Of a stretch of 35,888 nucleotides of DNA, positions 26,201 to 35,888 are shown in pieces. Under the pieces are notes generated by a model, which worked only from the letters and a program-made list of their open reading frames with translations, was not told where the DNA came from and ran no database searches. The DNA is from Conidiobolus incongruus B7586 (taxonomy: Eukaryota), in NCBI GenBank assembly GCA_000697335.1, contig JNEM01009846.1:1-35888 (forward strand), in the 5' to 3' direction. Made by a program: the position numbers and the translations under genes. Every line of letters begins with the position of its first letter. Position 1 is the stretch's first letter.

Positions 26201-27638
26201 GGGCAAGATTCAGTATTAGTAACTTGAAGAACTTTAGTACCACCGTGGAGAGTGTGATTTTTATCAACACCATTCAAATCTAATTCATCTTGACCTTCAC
26301 GCAATCTTATAGATTCTTTCAAGAGGGGAGTACTTTCACCAGAAAGCATGGCTTCATTGACAATACAGTTACCAGATAAAATGAGAACGTCACAAGGAAC
26401 TGCAGATTCTTCACCAGATCGGACTATTGGTATATGTACATATATAAATATATGAAATAATTTTTAAAGTTAATAATAAATTACCAATTGAAATGAGATC
26501 TCCAGGTACTAAATGATCAGTTTTAACTAATTTCCATTCACTAGATCTTAAGACATAAATATCGAAAGGTTTCTGTGATAAAGAACGGAATTCAGTAAGA
26601 GTTCTAACTCTCTAAAATTTTAAAATTTATCAATATTTTTGATAATACAAATAAAATCAGAATTAAATACCTGATAAACGACAGTAGATTCAAAAGCAAC
26701 CAACATAAACAAGGTAAATATAGAATAGTACCAGTATTCATCCAAACACCATAAACCAACACAGAAAATTTGGAAAACGAAGAATGGAGCAACGGCGTGT
26801 TCTTTAAATAATTCTTGGAATGAAGGTACAGGAATATCAAAGCTAAAGTCAAAATTTGATATTGTTAGTTATTTATGAATTTTTAACAGTTATCAAATAT
26901 ACTTACGTATTTAAACTGTATTTCAAAGTCAATTGATTAACTTGCTCTTCATTTAAACCTTTGTGATTTTGGAATTCTGATAAAATACCACCAAAGTCAC
27001 AAGGATATGATAAAGGTTCAAATATTTTCCTATCAGCATTATAAATAAATTTTTGTTTTTGGAATAAAAATGATACTTCAGGTAATTTGTCATCTTTGTT
27101 GAGCTAAATTTTAACTTCATTAAATCTGATGCTGTACTATTGATATGAATGTATCTACCTTGGTTTGAACCAATTTACAAAAATCACCATTTCCGTTGTG
27201 AGGTTTGGGAATGACTTTAATATATTCAGCAGTATAAGGATCATAAGTCTAAGATAACAAAAGATCAGTTAAATTAAATTGAATATTAATAACATTAATT
27301 AATTAAAAACTTGCCTTAGAGAATTTAACAAAACCTTTAATATTCAAATTCCAAAAACAACTTAACCAAGTTAAAATATTTAAAGTAACAAGGGATCCCA
27401 AAGTAATGTAAAAATATTCGATATATTTGAAATAAGTATCAAAATCTAAATAGGCTAATACCAAAACGAAAGTATACAGAAATACGAAGGGATAACCGTA
27501 CAATCGCTTGGTCATAGGTTTTAAATTATATAAAGCCACGGACTTGATGGTCTTATAATCGACCAAACTAAAATTAATAATTATTAATCTGGAATGATGA
27601 ATACAATCTAGAAGTACTTACTCTTTCCGGTTACTCAT
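23259..27638 (-). CDS. SPF1: P5A-type ATPase (ER transmembrane-helix dislocase) SPF1/ATP13A1, about 15 exons
   Basis: [11 protein letters not shown] (P5A PPELP), FDKTGTLT phosphorylation site, [39 protein letters not shown] and [11 protein letters not shown]. Start ATG at 27638 (17-nt first exon); stop TAA at 23259-23261. Confidence 0.96.
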
Positions 27639-28043
27639 TTTAATAACTTGAATAATTTATTATAATTATTTTTAAATTAATATTAAATTAATATATATTT
27701 CAAAAAAAATATTTTAATATAATATTATTAAATAAAAAGAAGTAAAGAGCAAAATAATAATGGGTGAATGTTTTGATATTTATATATTTGATACTTTTTG
27801 AGTTTCTCAATCCATTCCTTATTTTTAGATATAATGTGACTAATTTTGTCAATTAAGTTGGAAATTTTGTATTGTTCATATTGGAGATGGATATTTTTAG
27901 GATATATTATCTTTTGTAATTTATTAATTTGATATGGTAATTAGCTATTTAGATATATATCAATATGTAAAAATGTAGTACATAATATATAATAACTACT
28001 TAATCATTATATGTAAGATCTTGAAATTTACTTTAATTCAATT

Positions 28044-28680
28044 TCAAAAAGTGAATTGATAGATCATAAGATTTATTACGAGTTCATCATTCGATCCACT
28101 AACTATATCGAGTGATAATCTATCAACTTTGATTTTAGATCTTCCTCCTCGATTTGATTCAATATCAAAAATATAACTAGGTCTATCATCCAATACAAAT
28201 TTGCTAAAAATTCTTTTGAAATATCTCTCAGGCGTTTCTATTGAAAATATTCTATCTTCCACGAAAATAATCAATGGACAAATTATTTGGAGGTGAAGAT
28301 TTAGGTCTCTATTTCATTCAATGGGCAGAATCAGGGCATTAGAATTAGATGCGATTGCTATTAATTGATATCCAAATTCTATATTAATAGTATTATAAAT
28401 TCCTTTTGGTAGTTTTGTATTCACAACACTTACAACCAAACTTGTTCATAATTTATCAAATTTGATCTCCCTTGTCCAAATCATTTATTGAGCTCAGAGA
28501 CCCCAAGGGGATAAACACCAACCCCAATCCTGAAAGGCTGGCTTGGTTGACTGTTTATTAGTAAAGGAGTATATTTCTGGTAGTACTGAGGTCTTGAGCA
28601 AACTTTACACAATTTTAATGAAATTTGCAAGCCTTACTTAATCAAAGTTATATATTCAGATATCAATAATAATCACATAT
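28044..28680 (-). mobile_element. Decayed Ty3/Gypsy-like reverse transcriptase relic
   Basis: One minus-strand frame with scattered stops carries, in RT order, SVLPEI (cf. PLPRI), PKGIYNTINIEFGY (cf. PxGxYEYxVMPFGL) and IIFVEDRIFSIETPERYFKRI (cf. YLDDILIFSESPEEHWKHL). Part of it is repeated at 454-585. Confidence 0.5.
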
Positions 28681-31447
28681 TTGGTTTATATGATGCTTGT
28701 CACAGATAATTACCTTGTGCCAAAAGTGTTCTTTTGTTTTGTTGAGTCAAATTTTTTAGATATGTACTGAAATTATGTTAGCAATGCTCTTATTCTTTTA
28801 CTCCAAATATAACATTTAACTTTTTTTCATCCCTTTAGTTTTAAATTCAAGAAACAAAAAATATATTATTATTCAATAACCAATTTTTATAGGTTTATAT
28901 ACATATATATCTTTTTTATACTGTTTTTAATCTTAATATTTATTATTTTCACTGTCTTTCTCGCCTTGTGAATTTTATATAGCAGATTTATTTTTAAAAT
29001 CATTTGTCTTGTAAATTTATGAGTATAATAAATATTATAAATTCTATAAATATCTTTATTTCTATATTAAATAATGAAAATCAAAAAAAGAATAACTTAT
29101 TGTAAAGATCTATATGCTAAAACTAACGGGTAAGATCCCTTTTCAATTGAATTTTACTTGGAAATTTAACTATCATTTCAAATATCTAGTGGTATGAAAA
29201 TAAAAAAATTATATTAACCACGCTTTTCCTTTGAAAACAATTGCTATATTTAAACTTTTGTAACAATAGTTTCGCTGTATAAATTACATTATTAAAATAG
29301 AAAAATAAAAACTACCTTTATTATATTTTGTTAAATGAATAACAATTAATTCAAGTATTTTATATTTTAAAATTGATTTTGCTATATAGCAAAATTAAAA
29401 TTGCATACTTCTAAAGAATCATTCGCGTTTTTATCTTTCACATCATAGCATAAGGAGTTTCTGATTACGATTTGCTTTGTATGTAAAATGATTCTTCAAT
29501 AAATATTCAACTTTGATTTCTTTTTTAGTATAGAAGTGTCATTATTTGTTACTTTATTATACCATTAATTTTAAAGTTACCTTGCTATTTTAAATTTTTA
29601 ATGTTTTTTTAACTTGAAATTTTGAATATTACTTTCATATTTTTTTAATATTTTTATATTTCTCATTTTAGGTTATATATTTTTTCATTTTTTGTCACAT
29701 AAAAATTACAAACTGTAAAAAGATTATTAAAATTATTTTTATTAAATTATAATTACCAGAATTTCAATTAACAACTATAGGTGCTGTGTTGGTATTGGAT
29801 AATAAATTTAAAAAGCAATATTTTTAATAATACATATTGCTTTTGTTAATGGTAATAAATTTAAGATTAATTGTATTATATAATTTTTCTTATTAAACTC
29901 AGAAGCTACAATAATTATAATTAAACCTTGATCTAATATCCAATGTGATATTATATAAAAAACTTGTAAAGTTGTTAAACCTGATATTTCAAGTTCTATA
30001 TTGGTTTTTGAAGAAATGTTTATATAGCATATTTTTTTAAGTTAGATGCTATTTTTCGTTTAATTAAAAATTTATTAGATATTAAAGATTACATAAAACT
30101 TTGAATCTACTTGGAGTTCATATGGATCTACTTTTCTAGCCTTATCCTAACATCTAATATTATTCGATGAAATTCCAACTTGTTATTATATTTAGAAGAT
30201 AAATCATAGTCGGAATTGATTATATTTGACTAAAGATAACAATAGTTTTTTTAATGTTCTGTTGTTTAAAACTAAATAGTATTATATAATAATATCCAAG
30301 TATCTGTGCCGGAAGTGATAGTTTTTCTAGACCTTGATTAAATATTCATAGGCGTGCTCAGGACTAATGGATATTCCAGGCAAGGCCATTACAGAGATTA
30401 ATAAAATTAACTTAAGCCAGACATATTAATACGCAATAAATTTTAATGATTGATGCAGAAAGTTAAAATAGATATAAATGTGGTTTGAATACCTAGAAAA
30501 ATTTGACCAAGCATGATAATACATGATCTAATGGTAAAATTCTCATCAATTCATTATTTATATCAAACAGACCAATTTGAAATATCCAAACTATAATAGT
30601 TAATATCCTTGCAGGATATATAAACTCTCAGTATAGATTCTACAATAATTCGATCAGATTGAGTTCAAAAGTTATTTTCAATTCTAATGGGAATTGAAAG
30701 TTTAATACTACATACAATTCTTCAGATTCAATAGTATTGTCTATAAATATTAAAATCTAATGTACAAATATTTATCAATTATAAAAGCTTTTGATAGTCT
30801 TTAAAGACATTGAAATATAGTGTAATAAGTCAATATATTTTTATTATTTGAAAAACTTGAGGTGTTTTTGCCAATTACCATCACAATAATATTTCCAAAT
30901 CAAATATTCGAATCCATGATGTTCTTTGAGCTTAAATGATTATTATACAAATCTTAAAATTTTATCTAAAATATCAGCAAATATGGTATTTTTTTATTAT
31001 GGAAAAATTTAAATTTGAAATATCACAAAGAAATTATAGTGGTCATGATAAGGGTAGGATTTAGCATTGATGGTTAACTGAATAGATTTATTTCAATAGA
31101 ATTTTGAAATTATAATTTTACGTTGAAATGATCAGTAGTTTGATTAAAGAATTAGAAATAAAAATGAATAATCAACTTTGGTCTAATACTATATTATTTT
31201 TATAATTGAATACTTTTGATGAGTGTCATACTATACACGTGCATTTATTAAATTTTGATTATTATATTTTTATCAATTAATAATTTTAAATATATTGAAT
31301 ATCAATTTAAAGTTTATTCAATATATTAAAAATTAATTACTTAAGTTTGTTATATTAATATTAAATGAAATATATAAACCATGATTGATTCGATACCAAA
31401 TAATCATAATAATTTAATATTTACTAATTTTTAATTTAATAATCGAT

Positions 31448-32191
31448 ATGAAATTCATTAATACTTCTATCACTTGCATCCTTGTCCAAGTATTGATTGG
31501 AGCTCCTGCTGAACCTTTTTTCAGCTCAACCTCTTTAACCTCCTTCAATCTTGACTTACCATTCGGATGTGGACCTGGTAGATTCGACTGTGCTCCCCCT
31601 TTGGTTTCTTATCCTCAACCTGTCCCTGAAGTCTCTGTACAACCATTACCTGTACCAGTGCCACAACCACAACCCCTGCCATGTCCTGAGGTTCAACCAG
31701 TGCCACAACCACAACCATTACCATGTCCTGAGGTTCAACCAGTGCCGCAACCACAACCACAACCCTTACCGTGTCCTGAGGTTCAACCAGTCCCACAACC
31801 ACAACCTGAGCCAATCCCACAACCACAACCATGCCCAGAACCACAGCCTCAGCCTATTCCTCAGCCACAGCCACAACCATGCCCAGAACCACAGCCTCAG
31901 CCTATTCCTCAGCCACAACCACAACCATGCCCAGAACCACAGCCTCAACCCATTCCTCAACCTATTCCTCAGCCAATCCCCCAGCCTATTCCTCAGCCTC
32001 AACCATGCCCTGAACAACAGCCTCAACCTATTCCTCAACCAATCCCCCAGCCTATTCCTCAACCTCAGCCATGCCCTGAACAACAGACACCCCAACCATT
32101 ACCTGTGCAAGTGCCTATGACGCCATGTCCCCATCATACATCTCAGGATCACAATACTCAAAACATCTCCATCAATCAAAACAACTATTAA
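31448..32191 (+). CDS. Intronless secreted Pro/Gln-rich repeat protein with eight PCPE units, 247 aa
   Basis: ATG-to-TAA ORF, GC-rich against AT-rich flanks. Signal-peptide-like MKFINTSITCILVQVLIGA. Synonymous variation among repeat units (cca/cct/ccc, caa/cag) supports this reading frame. Confidence 0.85.
   Translation: MKFINTSITCILVQVLIGAPAEPFFSSTSLTSFNLDLPFGCGPGRFDCAPPLVSYPQPVPEVSVQPLPVPVPQPQPLPCPEVQPVPQPQPLPCPEVQPVPQPQPQPLPCPEVQPVPQPQPEPIPQPQPCPEPQPQPIPQPQPQPCPEPQPQPIPQPQPQPCPEPQPQPIPQPIPQPIPQPIPQPQPCPEQQPQPIPQPIPQPIPQPQPCPEQQTPQPLPVQVPMTPCPHHTSQDHNTQNISINQNNY
31660..32085 (+). repeat. Coding tandem repeat array, PCPE-(V/P/Q)-QP-(PQ/PIPQ)n
   Basis: Recurrent units ccatgtcctgaggttcaaccag, ccatgcccagaaccacagcctca and ccatgccctgaacaacag. 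Confidence 0.9.
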
Positions 32192-32520
32192 CCCCTTTGA
32201 TTGATTTCTATTCTTCATAGTTTATTTTGGCAATAAAATGATTTATTAATGATTCATTAATCGTTTTACATGCATTTCAAAATTATTTAATAATTTATTA
32301 GTTTTTAAATATATAAAATGTGATAGGTATGTTATATAAGTAGTATAAAAATTCAAATTGAAAATCTGTAACCTTCAAATTCACAAACACTGAAACCATT
32401 GATCCCATAAATTATTTAATAACACTTACCTATGAAATAATATATTTAATTGTGACGCAATTCATAATCCTAAACAAATTAAAAATTCAATTTAACTGAA
32501 TAAATAACAATATTGAAAAA

Positions 32521-33374
32521 ATGGAAAATATTACACCTATCGAAGATAACAACCTAGAACAAAAATTCCAAAACCCATTTGATGATTTTCCAAATGATAC
32601 AGAAGTAAATAAAAAAGGAATAAAAAATTTATAAAATTAAATTTAAAAAATTGAATAGGTATTAGAATTAGTTCATGCCAAATTAACCGATATGAAATTA
32701 TTAAATTTATCAAGATTTAAAAAATTACAAGTAAATAATTTTAATATTTTTATAGTAAGATTATTAAATAGTTTTTTTATGATATATAGATGTTAACTTT
32801 GAGACAAAATTTGATTCAACAAATTGAAGATTTAGAAAGTAATAAAGAATTAATAGAATTAGATTTATATGATAATCGAATTGAAAAGATTGAAAATTTA
32901 AATCATTTGGTGAATCTAACGTAATATATATATATATATTATCATATATATATATATTGGCATTCGGTTAATTATGTTTTTAGATCTTTAGATTTATCTT
33001 TCAACAAGATCAAACACATTGAAAATATTGATCAATTGGTGAATTTATCAGATCTATACTTTGTAAGTAATAAAATTTCTAAAATTCAAAATCTGAACAC
33101 CTTTATCAATATTACCAATTTGGAATTGGGAGCCAATCGTATCAGAGTAAATAATTTTAATACATTCATATATTATAATAATAATATTTTTTATAGAAAA
33201 TTGAAAATTTAGATCATTTAATTAATTTAGAAAAATTATGGCTGGGAAAGAATAAAATTGAAAAATTAGAAGTAAATTATTATTTATAATATAAATTTTT
33301 ATATTAATTTAAATTTTATTTAGAATTTACAACATTTGAAAAAGTTAAAGATATTAAGTATTCAAGTAAATTTT

Positions 33375-33419
<45 letters not shown>

Positions 33420-33938
33420 GTGATTTTTAGAGTAATCGAATTAGAAAGATTGAAGGTTTGGAAGGATTGGAAAGTTTGGAGGAATTCTATATTAGTCATA
33501 ACGCTATTGAAAAGATTGAAGGTTTAGAGAATAATGTACTATTTAATATACCAATACTATTAAAGTATGTTTATATTAATAATACCATCATTAGATTAAT
33601 TTAACGACTTTGGATATTTCTAATAATAACATTAAAATATTGGAAAATATTGGTCATTTGGTTAATTTAGAAGAATTCTGGGTAAATATATTACTGTGAC
33701 ATGTTATAAAATCCTTATATTAATCATAAATTAGGCTAATTCTAATCAATTTGAAAATTTCGACGAACTAAATAGAGAATTCAAAACCTTAACGAACATT
33801 CAAACCGTGTACTTTGAAAATAATCCCTTACAGAAGAATCAACCAGCTCTCTACAGAAACAAAATTCAATTGAATTTGCCCAAAAGTTTGACTCAAATTG
33901 ATGCTACTCTCATTAAGTCTACATCTCCATTTCATTAA
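32521..33938 (+). CDS. SDS22: Protein phosphatase 1 regulatory subunit SDS22/PPP1R7 (LRR protein), 9 exons
   Basis: Exons 32521-32604, 32659-32730, 32790-32920, 32984-33146, 33197-33271, 33324-33365, 33431-33535, 33595-33681 and 33735-33938. Motifs LRQNLI, ELDLYDNRI, LDLSFNKIKHIEN, LELGANRIR, LWLGKNKI, LSIQSNRI and C-cap TVYFENNPLQ...YRNK...LTQIDAT. Confidence 0.95.
33381..33410. repeat. (AT)15 microsatellite inside SDS22 intron 6
   Basis: Read directly from the sequence. A broken (TA)n tract also lies in intron 3 at about 32924-32957. Confidence 0.85.
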
Positions 33939-33967
33939 TTCAATAAATTTTTTATTTTTGTTTTAAG

Positions 33968-35309
33968 TTAATTTAATCTAATAGTCCATAATTGCGCTAA
34001 CCCTGATGATTGTCTACATAGTGGACACTCGGGCTATAATTAAATATTCATTAGAATGACTAATTAATTAAATAATTTTGCCATAAATTACCTTAGTTCT
34101 GCACCATTCAGAAATACACTCCCAACAAAAGATATGACCACATGGGGTACAGGTAGGATTCGTTTTAGTACTCAAACACAATGCACACTTTCCATCAATA
34201 GAGCTAGGTAACTGCACATCAGTTGACCTTTCAACAACTTTTTCACCACTAACAATCATTAAATATACCAACACCAATATAAATTATATTGAAATATACC
34301 TAATTAAATCTTGATCCTCATCACCTTCCAACTGTTTCAATTTCAATTGCTCTTCCTTATATTTTCTGTAAGATTTTTTCAAATTCAACATTAATTTCAC
34401 TAAAAGTTGAATTCCCAATAATATTCCTAAAATTTCGTAGCCTGATTTATTTGCATTATTGGGATTAGGCTTATTTGGAGAAATCTATTCAATAATATTA
34501 ATTATGTCTAATAGTATATAGCAATATATGATGGATTACATAGCGAATACTGGTCAATCTCTTGGATAGATGATAATAATGGCCTTTAAAGTAAAAGATC
34601 ACGAGATGTAAGGGTAATAAATAATCATTGGATAATTTAATGGCTCTGGGTATCATATCAAATACTATCCAATTGATCCGTTCTTTCGTAGAAGTTTTTA
34701 ATTTATCATCTATAAAACAGAATATATTATTAGATTACAAAACACATAATATATAAGAGTAATATTTACTATTATCATTAATATATTTTTTAACCCATTT
34801 TTTAAATGGATCGTAACCTAATTCGATAAGATGAGGAAACGAGCAATACAGTAAAATACTTAAACTACGATTCTAAATTTAATCATTAAAATCACAGCAT
34901 CTATCTATTATATAATACATATAATTACCCAAAATTTTGGTAATTTTTTCAATTTTAACTGATAGGGTAAAATCTCACAATATTCCTCGCCTAAAGTCTG
35001 ATCCACTTTACAAAATTATTAATATTAATAAATTATTAAAATATTTTGAGAGTTACGTAATAAAGTAGTTAAGCCAAAATAACTTAACTGACTCACAAGT
35101 TGAACCCACTTCATATTCTTATTCAACCACCTGTTCCCAAATAAGCTTAGTAAACAATCCTTCAAATCCTCCTGAAATTGCAGCTCCATTTGGACATCCC
35201 TCTGATTACTGCGAATTATATCCGGACTGTTCGCAAATGGTAGATTGAGTTCAATGGGTACGGATCGTAATCGTAATTCTGGTTTATTGTTATTGCTGGG
35301 TTGACTCAT
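33968..35309 (-). CDS. PEX10: Peroxin PEX10 (RING peroxisomal E3 ligase), about 7 exons
   Basis: [46 protein letters not shown] and a C3HC4 RING CALC...[15 protein letters not shown]...PECPLCRQ. Stop TAA at 33968-33970. Confidence 0.95.
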
Positions 35310-35888
35310 GAGTTTTGTTTAATTTTTTTTTCAATGGAATTCAATAAAAACAAAATTTTGCTTAGTGACTGTAATTCCAATAAGAAATTCAATAAATTAT
35401 TAATACTTTATTATGGGAATTTTTATTTGGATGTTGATTTGTCACATGATTTTAAATATTTTAAATTGGATTCATATGATTTGAATATAATTTAATTTGG
35501 TTGTTTGTTTATATGCTTTATTCTTTAATCTTGTAAAAATATCTATTCAAGTAATGTATTTTGAATATATTTAAACTTTATATTATACATATTAATTCAT
35601 TTGGCCAAAAACTGTCAGATAACAATTGAAATTAGTGAATTTCATGTAATTTATTGCTATTTAAAATTTGTAAATTTTCTGTAAATTATCCTATAATAAT
35701 TGCTTTAATAATACACATTTTAAGACTATAAATAATAAGTGGTTGAAAATCAATGTATATGTTTAAAGGATATCATGATAATGACCATTTTATTGCCTGG
35801 AAGATATTTAATTTAGTAATAAAAAAATTTAATAAAGTATATTATGAATTAAACTGAATTTATAATTTATTTTTAAAATTAAAAATTA

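Noticed and set aside
31545..32120. His/Asn-rich, Trp/Leu/Arg-rich and Val-rich ORFs overlapping the PQ gene
   Set aside because: Alternative-frame and antisense products of the cca-caa repeat. Third-position variation supports only the Pro/Gln frame.
1..35888. CRISPR arrays, rRNA, tRNA, telomeric repeats, intact transposons or a biosynthetic gene cluster
   Set aside because: None seen. The genes are spliceosomal housekeeping genes with no shared pathway.

Overview
Very AT-rich eukaryotic DNA with compact genes and mostly 45-65 nt spliceosomal introns. This fits an early-diverging fungus, possibly Conidiobolus-like (inference only). Reading the exons by hand gives nine apparently intact protein genes: a cytochrome P450 (-), YIP4/YIPF6 (+), SIN1/AVO1 (+), INO80 (+), NOT4 (-), an MPP6-like gene (+), SPF1 P5A-ATPase (-), SDS22 (+) and PEX10 (-). 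There is also an intronless secreted Pro/Gln/Cys-repeat protein (+) and a disrupted LYR-motif gene. YIP4, MPP6, the LYR gene and SDS22 are essentially absent from the ORF track. Several intergenic islands look like heavily decayed retroelement pol sequence, and two of them, 28 kb apart, are homologous. The most interesting observations are a SIN1 that appears to lack its C-terminal PH domain and ends in a short basic tail, the PCPE/PQ-repeat secreted protein, the LYR-like pseudogene, the RT relics, a 10-nt INO80 micro-exon and a GC-AG intron in SPF1. I found no clear multi-gene novel system; this is mostly a housekeeping neighbourhood.
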